A stretch of 36,908 bases of DNA, taken from Chiloscyllium plagiosum. Its lineage: Eukaryota. The notes beneath the pieces are model-generated. The model was given only the letters and a program-made list of their open reading frames with translations. It did no database searches and was not told the DNA's origin. The stretch lies in the NCBI RefSeq assembly GCF_004010195.1, contig NC_057751.1, positions 16,940,550 through 16,977,457 on the forward strand, in the 5' to 3' direction. This document shows, in pieces, positions 21,615-33,073 of the stretch (position 1 is its first letter; each line of letters begins with the position of its first letter). The position numbers and the translations under genes were made by a program.

Positions 21615-22120
21615 GTGTTTTGAGGAGATTCGTAGCTCAGGTTGAGGTTCTGGATGTAGGTTTGCTCGCTGAGCTGGAAGGTTCGTTATTCAGACGTTTC
21701 GTCACCATACTAGGTAACATCATCAGTGAGCCTCCGGACGAAGCACTGGTGGTGTAGCCCACTTTCTATTGAGATGTTTGGGTTCCTTTGGGTTGGTGAT
21801 GTCAAACAGCACAAGCCAAATGGAGACACACACGAGAATTCCAAGATGCATGGCGTTCCAACCGGAATTCTATCAACAGACACATTGACTTGGATTCCAT
21901 TTACCACCCCCTGAGAAAATGAGTGGGAAATGACATCACTACAGGAAATGATGTCACCACAGGAAGTGACATCAACAACCAAAGGAAACCCAAACATATA
22001 AATAGAAAGCAGGAAACACCAGCAGTGCTTTGTCCAGAGGCTCACTGAAAATGTTACCTAGTATGGTGACGAAATGTCTGGAAACATACCTTCCAGCTCA
22101 GCGAGCAAACCTACATCTGC
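21615..22120. mobile_element. PLE (Poseidon-like) with inverted termini and an 8-bp TSD
   Basis: About 21653-21800 is the inverted copy of about 21970-22117; internal GIY-YIG C-terminal remnant (NSINRHIDLDSIYHPLR); AGAAGATC at 21607-21614 and 22121-22128. Confidence 0.8.
21690..21729 (-). ncRNA. Minimal type I hammerhead ribozyme motif (PLE-associated)
   Basis: Minus strand reads TCA-CTGATGA-T-GTTACC-TAGTAT-GGTGAC-GAA-ACGT-C-TGA: intact core, 6-bp stem II, GUC triplet, 3-bp stem I. Confidence 0.7.
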
Positions 22121-22139
22121 AGAAGATCCTGGGGTAGTG

Positions 22140-22740
22140 TGGGGCAGATAGACCTAGGCGGTTCAGGTACATAATTCTTTGAGGTTTGCGTCACATATCG
22201 ACAGCATTTAACGCTTACCTTCAGTGCTCAGACCTTTGAGTATCAGAGTCGGGGGGGGGGAGGGTGTCATGTTGAGGTTCTAGAGAGACCCCTTCTAGAG
22301 TACTGTGTTTAGTTCTGGTCCCCCTGTTATACATTACGTTGGAGAGGATGCGGAAGAGATTTACCAGGACATTGCCGGGAATGGAGCGTTTGAATTACAG
22401 GGAGAGGCTGGGTCTGTTGAGGTTGAGGGCTGACCTTATAGAGGTTTGTAAAATCATGAGGGCTATCGCTAAACAGTGAACAGCAGGTGTCTTTTTCCTG
22501 GGGTTGGGGATTTCAAGACTGGGGGCATATTTATAAGGTGAGAGGAGAGAGATTTAAGAAGCCCAACATTTTTTACAGAGGGTGGTTCGTGTGTGGAATG
22601 AAATTCCAGAGGAAGTGGTGGATGGGGGTACAGTTCCAGCATTTAAAAGAAGTTTGGTTAAGGACATGAATAAGAAAGGTTTGGAGGGATATGGGCCAAG
22701 TGCAGTCAGTTGGGACTAGTTTAATTTGGGAACATGATTG
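22140..22740 (+). mobile_element. Older CR1 LINE 3' fragment
   Basis: CTAGAGTACTGTGTTTAGTTCTGGTCC and GACCTTATAGAGGTTTGTAAAATCATGAG correspond to the LEYCVQFWSP and DLIEVYKIM regions. Confidence 0.8.
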
Positions 22741-22747
22741 CCATGGA

Positions 22748-23066
22748 GTGTCATAGAGACGTACAGCATAGAAACAGACCCTTCGGTCCAACCCGTCCAT
22801 GCTGACCCAGATATCCCAACCCAATCTAGTCCCACCTGCCAGCACCCAGCCCATATCCCTCCAAACCCTTCCTATTCATATACCCATCCAGATGCCTCTT
22901 AAATGTTGCAATTGTACCAGCCTCCACCTCATTCCATACACGTACCACCCTCTGCGTGAAAAAGTTGCCCCTTAGGTCCCTTTTATATCTTTCCCCTCTC
23001 ACCCTAAACCTATGCCCTCTCGTTCTAGACTCCCCCACCCCAGGGAAAAGACCTTGTCTATTTACC
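22748..23066 (-). mobile_element. Young CR1 LINE 3' end, running into the gap
   Basis: FFTQRVVRVWNE...FKRHLDGYM; near identical to copies at 24021, 33771 and 34601. Confidence 0.85.
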
Positions 23067-23450
23067 NNNNNNNNNNNNNNNNNNNNNNNNNNNNNNNNNN
23101 NNNNNNNNNNNNNNNNNNNNNNNNNNNNNNNNNNNNNNNNNNNNNNNNNNNNNNNNNNNNNNNNNNNNNNNNNNNNNNNNNNNNNNNNNNNNNNNNNNNN
23201 NNNNNNNNNNNNNNNNNNNNNNNNNNNNNNNNNNNNNNNNNNNNNNNNNNNNNNNNNNNNNNNNNNNNNNNNNNNNNNNNNNNNNNNNNNNNNNNNNNNN
23301 NNNNNNNNNNNNNNNNNNNNNNNNNNNNNNNNNNNNNNNNNNNNNNNNNNNNNNNNNNNNNNNNNNNNNNNNNNNNNNNNNNNNNNNNNNNNNNNNNNNN
23401 NNNNNNNNNNNNNNNNNNNNNNNNNNNNNNNNNNNNNNNNNNNNNNNNNN

Positions 23451-23708
23451 TACACAGACACATGCACACACACAAACAGACACACACACAGACACACGCA
23501 CATACACAGACACACATGCGCACACACACAGACACACATACACAGACACATGCACATACACAGACACACACAAACAGACACACACACACAGACACACACA
23601 TGCACACAGACCTACCCATAGACAGACACACACACACAGACACCCCCCCACACACAGACACACAGACATGCACAAACACATATGCACACACACACACACA
23701 CACACACC
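23451..23708. repeat. Compound (CA)n/ACAG microsatellite
   Basis: Direct inspection. Confidence 0.95.
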
Positions 23709-24020
23709 CAGCTGCGAGAGTGACCCCTGGTGTGGAAAAGATTCAGCAAATTCACACTGCGACAGGCTGAGTGATTTGTCACTGCGGCTCTGGCTGACAA
23801 GTGGAGAGGCTGACGTAAGCAAATCGACAGAATGAGGCCGGGCGTCTAAAAGCTGGATTCATGTTACAGGGGCTCTGTTAAGGCTGCACTTTGAACGCCC
23901 AATCCACAAAGCACCAAACTCCTGCCTGCATTTCTCCGAAAGCCTGTGGCAAGACAGCTCCTTCACCACGTGTTAATAACACTCACCCTCCCTATCCCGG
24001 TAGTGTGCCTGGCTTTGATT

Positions 24021-24507
24021 TAGAGTCATAGAGGTGGACAGCACAGAAACAGACCCTTCGGTCCAACCCGTCCATGCTGACCCAGATATCCCAACCCAAT
24101 CTAGTCCCACCTGCCAGCACCCGGCCCATATCCCTCCAAACCCGTCCTATTCATATACCCATCCAGATGCCTCTTAAATGTACCACCCTCTGTGTGAAAA
24201 AGTTGTCCCTTAGGTCCCTTTTATATCTTTTCCCCTCTCACCCTAAACTTATGCCCCTCTAGTTCTGGACTCCCCCACCCCAGGGAAAAAGACAGTCTAT
24301 TTATCCTATCCATGCCCTCTCAGGATTTTATAAACGTCTGTAAGGTCACCCCTCAGCCTCCGATGCTCCAGGGAAAACATCCCCAGCCTGTTCAGCCTCT
24401 CCCTGTAGCTCAAACCCTCCAACCCTGGCAACATCCTTGTAAATCTTTTCCGAACCCTTTCGAGTTTCACGACATCCTTCTGATGGGAAGGAGACCAGAA
24501 TTGCACA
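24021..24507 (-). mobile_element. CR1 LINE 3' fragment
   Basis: VQFWSP...LERVRKRFTRMLPGL...LRGDL plus the 3' tail. Confidence 0.88.
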
Positions 24508-24509
24508 CT

Positions 24510-24748
24510 AAGGGGCAACGTTTTCACGCAGAGGGTGGTGCGTGTGTGGAATGAGCTGCCAGAGGAAGTGGTGGAGGCTGGTACAATTGCAATATTTAAG
24601 AGGCATCTGGATGGGTATATGAATAGGAAGGGTTTGGAGGGATATGGGCCGGGTGCTGGCAGGTGGGACTAGGTTGGGTTGGGATATCTGGTTCGGCATG
24701 GACGGGTTGGACCGAAGGGTCTGTTTCTATGCTGTATATCGCTATGAC
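24510..24748 (+). mobile_element. CR1 LINE 3' end abutting the previous copy in inverted orientation
   Basis: Reverse-complement similarity to about 24021-24210. Confidence 0.85.
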
Positions 24749-24759
24749 TTGATAGCTCG

Positions 24760-25096
24760 AAGTCTCCCCTCGGTCTCCAAGGAAAACAGCCCGAGCTTGT
24801 CCAGCCTCCTGTACCCTCAGCATCCTGGTAAACATCACAGCACAACATTGTGGGCCGAAGGGCCTGTTCTGTGCTATATGTTTCTATGTTCGAAACCTCT
24901 TCTGCATCCTCTCCAAAGCCTCCACATCCTTCCTGTAATGTGGTGATGAGAATTGAGTGCTTAACTGCAGCCTAACCAAAGTCTTATTGAGCTGCAAGGC
25001 AACAGACAACCAGCCCCTTGTACTGGATTCCCCAACCAATAAAGACATGCCTTCTTTATCCCCCTCATCTACTTGCGTTGCCACTTTCAGGGACAT
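24760..25096 (-). mobile_element. Old CR1 fragment, left half; continues at about 29195-29300
   Basis: FSSPHYRKDVEALERMQKRF here, and CEALHFGR...RDLG in the continuation. Confidence 0.65.
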
Positions 25097-25660
25097 AAAT
25101 TGAATTGAATTTATTGTCCCGTGTCCCGAGACACAGTGAAAAGCCTTGTTTAGTGAGCAATACAGGCAGATCACGGAGTTAAGGAGCATTGATAAGTAAA
25201 TAATTGGTAAACAGCAGCAAAAACACAGGTCCAGGCGGATGTTAAGAGTTTGCGAGTCCATTCAGTGTTCTAACAACAGTAGGGTAGAAACTGTTCCTAA
25301 ACCGGCTGGTGTGTGTGTGTGTGTGTGTGTTCAGCCTTCTGTACCTTCTCCCCCCGATGGTAGAGGCTGTAGAAATACATTGCCAGGGTGGGATGGAGCT
25401 TTGAGAATGCTGGCGGCCTTTCCCTGACCGCGGGCCTGGGAGATGGATTCTATCGATGGGAGGTTGGCCTTTGTGAGTGTCTGGGCCGAGTTCACCCCTC
25501 TCTGTAACCCTCTCCGACCTTGAATGGGTACACAGTCGCCGTTACCAGGTCGGGACACATCCAGTCAGAACGCTCTCGATGGCGCACCGATAAAAGTTGG
25601 CGAGGGTATTCACCATCATGCCAAATTTCCTCAGCTGCCGGAGGAAGAAAAGATGTTTTC
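25097..25660 (-). mobile_element. Rex1/Babar-like non-LTR retrotransposon 3' fragment
   Basis: QRGVNSAQ...LPSIESI...KAASILKAPSHPG...FLQPLPSG motif and a short (ATTCA)-type tail near 25100. Confidence 0.7.
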
Positions 25661-25663
25661 TTC

Positions 25664-28600
25664 AGATTAGATTCCCTGCCGTGTGGAAACAGGCCGTTCA
25701 GGCCAACCAGTCCACACCGACCCTCCGAAGAGTAACCCACACAGACCCACTTCCCCTCTCACTAATGTACCTAACACGATGGGTAATTTAGCATGGCCAA
25801 TCCACCCTAACCTGCACATCCCTGAGCTCTATGGGTAATTTCGCACGGCCAATCCACCCTAACCTGCACATCCCTGAGCACTATGGGTAATTTAGCACGG
25901 CCAATCCACCCTAACCTGCACATCCCTGGGCACTATGGGTAATTTAGCACGGCCAATCCACCCTAACCTGCACATCCCTGGGCACTACAGGGACAATTTA
26001 GCATGGTCAATCCACCCTAACCTGTACATCCCTGGGCACTATGGGTAATTTAGCACGGCCAATCCACCCTAACCTGCACATCCCTGGGCACTACAGGGAC
26101 AATTTAGCATGGTCAATCCACCCTAACCTGTACATCCCTGGGCACTATGGGTAATTTAGCACGGCCAATCCACCCTAACCTGCACATCCCTGAGCACTAT
26201 GGGTAATTTAGCACGGCCAATCCACCCTAACCTGCACATCCCTGAGCACTATGGGTAATTTAGCACGGCCAATCCACCCTAACCTGCACATCCCTGAGCA
26301 CTATGGGTAATTTAGCACGGCCAATCCACCCTAACCTGCACATCCCTGAGCACTATGGGTAATTTAGCACGGCCAATCCACCCTAACCTGCACATCCCTG
26401 AGCACTATGGGTAATTTAGCACGGCCAATCCACCCTAACCTGCACATCCCTGGGCACTATGGGTAATTTAGCACGGCCAATCCACCCTAACCTGCACATC
26501 CCTGGGCACTATGGGTAATTTAGCACGGCCAATCCACCCTAACCTGCACATCCCTGGGCACTATGGGTAATTTAGCACGGCCAATCCACCCTAACCTGCA
26601 CATCCCTGGGCACTATGGGTAATTTAGCACGGCCAATCCACCCTAACCTGCACATCCCTGGGCACTATGGGTAATTTAGCACGGCCAATCCACCCTAACC
26701 TGCACATCCCTGGGCACTATGGGTAATTTAGCACGGCCAATCCACCCTAACCTGCACATCCCTGGGCACTATGGGTAATTTAGCACGGCCAATCCACCCT
26801 AACCTGCACATCCCTGAGCACTATGGGTAATTTAGCATGGTCAATCCACCTCAACCTGCACATCCCTGAGTACTATGGGTAATTTAGCATGGCCAATCCA
26901 CACTAAGCTGCACATCCCTGAGCACTATAGGTAATTTAGCATGGCCAATCCATCCTAACTTGCACATCGCTGAGCACTATGGGTAATTTAGCATGGTCAA
27001 TCCACCTCAACCTGCACATCCCTGAGTACTATGGGTAATTTAGCATGGCCAATCCACACTAAGCTGCACATCCCTGAGCACTATAGGTAATTTAGCATGG
27101 CCAATCCATCCTAACTTGCACATCGCTGAGCACTATGGGTAATTTAGCATGGTCAATCCACCTCAACCTGCACATCCCTGAGTACTATGGGTAATTTAGC
27201 ATGGCCAATCCACACTAAGCTGCACATCCCTGAGCACTATAGGTAATTTAGCATGGCCAATCCATCCTAACTTGCACATCGCTGAGCACTATGGGTAATT
27301 TAGCATGGTCAATCCACCCTCACCTGCACATCCTTGAGCACTAAGGGTAATTTAGCACGGCCAATTCACCCCAACCTGCACATCCCTGAGTACTATGGGT
27401 AATTTAGCAAGGCCAATGTACCCTAACCTGCACATCCCTGAGCACTATGGGTAATTTAGCGCAGCCAATCCACCCTAACCTGTACATCCGCGAACACTAT
27501 GGGTAATTTAGCATGGCCAATCCACCCTAACCTGCACATCCCTGAACACTATGGGCAGTTTAGCATGGTCAATCCACCCGAACCTGCACATCCCTGAGCA
27601 CTATGGGTAATTTAGCATGGTCAATCCACCCTCACCTGCACATCCTTGAGCACTAAGGGTAATTTAGCACGGCCAATTCACCCCAACCTGCACATCCCTG
27701 AGTACTATGGGTAATTTAGCATGGCCAATCCACACTAAGCTGCACATCCCTGAGCACTATAGGTAATTTAGCATGGCCAATCCATCCTAACTTGCACATC
27801 CCTGAGCACTATGGGTAATTTAGCATGGTCAATCTACCTCAACCTGCACATCCCTGAGTACTATGGGTAATTTAGCAAGGCCAATGTACCCTAACCTGCA
27901 CATCCCTGAGCACTATGGGTAATTTAGCATGGCCAATCCACCTGAACCTGCACATCCCTGAGCACCATGGGTAATTTAACATGCCAATCCACCCTAACCT
28001 GCACATCCCTGAGCACTATGGGTAATTTAGCAGGGCCAATTCACCCTAACCTGCACATCACTGAGTACTATGGGTAATTTAGCATGGCCAATCCACCCTA
28101 ACCTGAACATCCCTGAGCACCATGGGTAATTTATCATGCCAATCCACCCTAACCTGCACATCCCTGAACACTATGGGTAATTTAGCATGGACAATCCACC
28201 TTAACCTGCACATCCCTGAACACTATGGGTAATTTAGCAGGGCCAATTCACCCCAACCTGCACATCCCTGAGCACAATGGGTAATTTAGCATGGCCAATC
28301 TATCCTAACTTGCACATCCCTGAACACTATGGGTAATTTAGCACGGCCAATCCACCCTATCCTGCACATCCCTGAACACTATGGGGCAATTTAGCATGGC
28401 CAATTCACCCTAACCTGCACGCTCCTGAGCACTATGGGTAATTTAGCATGGCCAATCCACCCTAACCTGCACATCCCTGAGCACTATGGGTAATTTAGCA
28501 CGGCCTATCCACCTTAACTTGCACATCCCTGAGCACTATGGTAATTTAGCACAGCCAATCCACCCTAACCTGCTCATCCCTGAGCACTATGGGTAATTTT

Positions 28601-29190
28601 TCACGGCCTATCCAGCCTAACCTGTGCACCCCTGAACGCTATGGGTAATGTAGCACGGCCTATCCACCCTAACCTGCACATCCCTGAACACTATGGGTAA
28701 TTTAGCACGGCCTATCCACCCTAACCCGCACATCCCTGAGCACTATGGGTAATTTAGTATGGCCAATCCACCCTAACCTGCACATCCCTGGGCACTATGC
28801 GTAATTTAGTACGGCTAATCCAGCCTAACCTGCACATCCCTGAGCACTATGGGTAATTTAGTACGGCCAATCCATCCTAACCTGCACATCCCTGGGCACT
28901 ATGGGTAATTTAGCACGGCCTATCCACCCTAACCTGCACATCCCTGAGCACGATGGGTAATTTAGCATGGCCTATCCACACTAATCTGCACATCCCTGGG
29001 CACTATGGGTAATTTAGCATGGCCAATCCACCCTAACCTGCACATCTTTGGACTGTGGGGGGAAACCAGAGCACCCGGAGGAATCCCACATAGATATGGG
29101 GAGAATGTGCAAACTCTGCACAGATAGTCGCCCGAGGCTGGAATCAAACCTGGGACCCTGGTGCTGTTGTTGGGCCTTTGTAACCAGTGT
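25664..29190 (-). mobile_element. Single V-SINE inflated to about 3.5 kb by an internal satellite
   Basis: Tail at 25664-25778; conserved central domain and degenerate tRNA head at 29047-29190; satellite in between. Confidence 0.8.
25779..29046. repeat. 52-bp satellite, about 63 copies
   Basis: Unit ATGGGTAATTTAGCACGGCCAATCCACCCTAACCTGCACATCCCTGAGCACT. Confidence 0.98.
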
Positions 29191-29723
29191 GTCCACATGA
29201 AGAGTCCAAGATCCCTGTGTACATCCATACTGTTCAGGGTCCTGCCATTAATGCTGTCCGTTCTCTTAATAGTTGATCTCCCAAAGTGCAGCGCCTCACA
29301 CCGGTGTCCGTTTCCGTCTGTGTCGTATAACCGAGCTGGTTTAAGCTGAAGGCGCCATATCAATGCAAGCCGTCAAAAAGGTTGCCTGGTCTCAATCTTT
29401 GAAATCGAGGGCAAAAGGTGTGAGGTGGGCAATGGGATACCGTCCATTTCAGGCTTTCTGGATTTGATACAGACTGAGCTTGAGCAACTCAGGATGGGCT
29501 TGGCGATGTATAATTCGAGTTCACTGTGTCCACACTGTGCCAGTGATCAGACGTTTTCCACACCCAGCACAGATTATAGAGTCATACGGCCCACAAACAG
29601 ACCCGACCAGTCCATAATCCCAGACCTAAACCAGTCCCACCTGCCTGCTCCTGGCCCATATCCCTCCGAACCTTTCCTGTTCATGTACTTATCCAAATCT
29701 CTTTTAAACGTTAACAATTGTAC

Positions 29724-29825
29724 TACACCAGGTTATAGTCCTAACAGGCTTATTTGGAAGCACTCGCTTTCGGAGCACTGCTCCTTCACAGAATTTACAG
29801 CAAAAGTTTACGGTGTAATGTCAAT
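29724..29825 (-). mobile_element. Terminal fragment of a third PLE family, with a partial hammerhead
   Basis: Minus strand TGAA-GGAGC-AGT-GCTCC-GAAAG; flanked by ATTGTAC at 29717-29723 and 29826-29832. Confidence 0.5.
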
Positions 29826-30029
29826 ATTGTACAATTTTAAATGTGGTGATCTTGCCCGCATCCACCACTTCCTCAGGATGTTCAATCCACACACGAGCCA
29901 CCCTCTGGGTAAAAGAAACTGCTGCCCCCGTGTCTTTTTATGAATCTCTCTTCTCTCACCTTCAAAATGTGCCCCCTAGTCTTGAAATCCCCCATCCTAG
30001 GGAGTAGGTACCTACCATTAACCGTATCT

Positions 30030-30647
30030 ATTTTGGATGTAGGTTTGCTCGCTGAGCTGGAAGGTTCATTTCCAGAGGTTTTGTCACCCGACTAGGTAAC
30101 ACCTTCAGTGGGCCTCAGGCGAAGCAATGCTGACAATTCCTGCTTTCTATTTATATGGTTGGGATACTTTGGGTGGGTGATGTCATTTCCTCTGGTGACG
30201 TTATTTCCTGTGGCGAGGTCACTTCCGGTTCCTTTTCTCAGGGGGTGGTAGATGGGGTCTAACTCGATGTGTTTGTTTTGATAGAGTTCCGGTTGGAATG
30301 CCACGCTTTTAGGAATTCTCGTGCGTGTTTCTATTTGGCTTGTCCTAGGATGGATGTGTTGTCCCAGTCAATGTGGTGTCCTTCCTCATCCGTATGTGAG
30401 GATACTAGTGTGAGTGGGTCATGTCGTTTTGTGGCTAGTTGGTGTTCATGTATCCTGATGGCTAGTTTTCTACCTGTTTGTCCAATGTAGTGTTTGTTAC
30501 AGTCTGTGCACGGTACTTTGTAAATGACATTAGTTTTGCTTGTAAAGGGTCTTTCAAGTTCATTAGCTGCTGTTTTAGTGTGTTGGTGGGTTTGTGCGCT
30601 ATCATGATGCCAAGGGGTCTGAGTAGTCTGGCAGTCATTTCAGAGGT
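30030..30647 (-). mobile_element. PLE (Poseidon-like) GIY-YIG endonuclease pseudo-ORF plus pLTR
   Basis: 30540 to 30421 translates SKTNVIYKVPCTDCNKHYIGQTGRKLAIRIHEHQLATKRH; the terminus matches 21653-21750 but the hammerhead core is decayed. Confidence 0.88.
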
Positions 30648-31546
30648 TTCCGACCTTATCCATACTCCTCATGATTTTACAAACCTCTGTAAGGTCACCT
30701 CTCAACCTCCTATGCTCCAAGCGAGAAATGTCTCAGCCTATCCTTATAACTCAAACCTTTCAGACCCAGCAACATCTTGGGAAATCGCTCTCCAGTTTAG
30801 TAAGATCCTTCCTGAAGTGGGGTGACCAGAACTGGACGTTGGCGCTCCAGGAGAGGCCTGTACAACCTCAACTCCTGTACTCCGAGGTCTGGGCAAGGAA
30901 GACGAGCAAGGAGATCGATCCCAGTGCCGGGGGCGGGGGGCACAAGAGAGGGTCAGGGAGAGGGCAGAGGAGATCAAACTCTTGTGGGAAGTGTGAACGC
31001 AGCATGGCTCAGCACGTAAGAAGGAATGCAATTTCTTTATTTCTCTACTTTCTACAAAGCAGGACCTTTAATGCCGACTTTTGAAACTTTATTTCCTTCG
31101 GTTTGTACCCAAGAATGGCACCAGGAATGGTGACTTTGTACACGTTTTACTGTACTCATGTGACAATAACACCTAATTCTAAAAACTTTAAGACTGTCAG
31201 TCTTGTCGGTTAGGGCATCACAGATACCCATTTTAAGATGTTGTCAGAGTATCTGATTCCGCCATATCGTTTTGTTTCATTCACTCCTGGGCACACATTC
31301 ATTGCCCGTCCCCCAGTTGCCCCTTCAGAAGGTGGTGGTGAGCTGCCCTCTTGAACCGCGGCAGTCCGTGTCAATTTTCGACAGAGAATTCCAGACCTCT
31401 CCCTCTGCGCGTGCACTTCTGAATGAAAAACAATCCGCCTCCAATTCCCCGTGAAACTCCCTATCCCTTTATCCTAAATTCTGTTTATGGATCGAGGGAA
31501 ATCGGGCCTTCGGATGCACTCTGTACGGACTGCCTTGGTCTTGCCA

Positions 31547-31641
31547 TTCCTGATGAAGGGCTTTTGCCCGAAACGTCGATTTTGCCTGTCCTCGGATGCT
31601 GCCTGAATTGCTGTGCTCTTCCAGCACCACTAATCCAGAAT
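31547..31641 (+). mobile_element. 95-bp PLE pLTR mini-insert with a 13-bp TSD
   Basis: CTTGGTCTTGCCA at 31534-31546 and 31642-31654. Confidence 0.85.
31548..31579 (+). ncRNA. Minimal type I hammerhead ribozyme motif
   Basis: TC-CTGATGA-A-GGGC-TTTT-GCCC-GAA-ACGT-C-GA; predicted cleavage after C31577. Confidence 0.7.
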
Positions 31642-32089
31642 CTTGGTCTTGCCACACCCTCCTCTGTCCCTGGATTCTCCAATGTTCCTCCAGTTAGTCC
31701 TGGCTACATCCTGGCAAATCTTCCTTCAGTGCAATGAGCTGAAAACTAACTGGAACAGAGCCATAGAAGGAGATTTTCAGACGGGTGACCTAAATCTTGG
31801 TACCTGTCTCCTGGTAGCGCCTTGAGAGAGACACAGAGACAGAGACAGAGAGAGAGAGAGAGAAAGAGAGGTGGAGAGATTTAGGGAGGGAACTCCTTAG
31901 ATAACGGGCCAAGTGTTTGAGGGTACAGCCAGAAATGTCAGGACGGAGCATATCGACGAAACACAAGAGGCCAGAAATTGGACGAACACAGAGATCTTGG
32001 AGGGGTGGCGTGCCTGAAAGTTGGTGATATTTAACATCGATACTTGACATTTTTGTTTAAGTAGGCCAGGAACTATAGCCCACACCTAA

Positions 32090-32500
32090 TGAGAAGGGGT
32101 GGTGAGCAGTCTTTAACTGTTGCACTCTACATGGGCTGAGGACCCCCCACTCAGTGCCCTCAGGGAGGGGGTTCCAGGATTCTGACCCAGCGACACTGAA
32201 GGAGCGGCCGATGTATTCCCAAGTCGCGGACGGTGAGGGGCTCGGAGGGGAACTTGCAGGGTGGGTGGTGTTCTCATGTATCTGCTGCCCCTTGTCCTTT
32301 GGTACAGATTGCAAGTTTGGAAGGTGCTGTCTGAGGGGGCTTGGTGATTTGTTGCAGTGTGTGTTGTAGACAGTACACACTGCTGCTGCTGAGTGTCGGG
32401 GGATGGAGGGAGTGGGTGTCTGTGGGTGTGTGGACAATCAAGTGTGTTCTTTTGACCTGGATGGGGTCGAGTGTCTTGAGTGTTACTGGGGCTGCACTTA
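32090..32500 (-). mobile_element. Degenerate non-LTR retrotransposon 3' ORF fragment, clade uncertain; related relic at about 31230-31370
   Basis: AAVCTVY..HC....LRQHLPN...FSVAGSESWNPLP resembles LINE C-terminal WN.LP motifs. Confidence 0.5.
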
Positions 32501-32756
32501 CCCAGAACAAATGGGGAGTCAACGGTGGATGGGCTGTGGGCAATGAATTACCTTGCTGCGCGATAGCCGGCTGCTAAAGGATAACGATCAGCGGTAAGAC
32601 TCTGTGAGCGATCTTGCCCTACCTTAACCCGGGGAGTCTGCAACATCCCCCAAACCCCTTCAACGCTTGAGTTCAGATAAACACAGCCCAGTTGGCATAC
32701 CAGCCTCCGAGGTTGTTATCCACCAGCCCCCCGACCCGTCCCCATACAGTTTTTTT

Positions 32757-33073
32757 TAGATTAGATTAGATTAGATACAGTGTGGAAACAGGCCCTTCGG
32801 CCCAACAAGTCCACACCGACCCGCTGAAGCGTAACCCACCCATTCCCATACATTTACCCCTTTACCTAACACTACGGGCAATTTTAGCATGGCCAATTCA
32901 CCTGACGTGCACATCTTTGGACTGTGGGAGGAAACCGGAGCACCCGGAGGAAACCCACGCAGACACGGGGAGAACGTGCAAACTCCACACAGTCAGTCGC
33001 CTGAGGCGGGAATTGAACCCGAGTCTCTGGCGCTGTGAGGCAGCAGTGCTAACCACTGTGCCACCGTGCCGCC
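32757..33073 (-). mobile_element. Full-length HE1/V-SINE-like SINE with a (TCTAA)n tail
   Basis: Head GGCGGCACGGTGGCACAGTGGTTAGCAC, B box GGTTCAATTCC, central TGTGTGGAGTTTGCACGTTCTCCCCGTG domain. Confidence 0.92.

Larger units (their letters stand above)
29575..30900 (-). mobile_element. Old CR1 3' fragment interrupted by two PLE-derived inserts (29724-29825 and 30030-30647)
   Basis: CR1 tail-like sequence at 29575-30028 resumes near 30650 (CATGATTTTACAAACCTCTGTAAGGTCACC). Confidence 0.65.

Noticed and set aside
22826..23822. Long Cys/Val or His/Thr-rich ORFs
   Set aside because: Microsatellite and gap translation
25779..29046. Interstitial telomere or chromosome fusion site
   Set aside because: Only one TTAGGG per 52-bp SINE-derived unit and no (TTAGGG)n run
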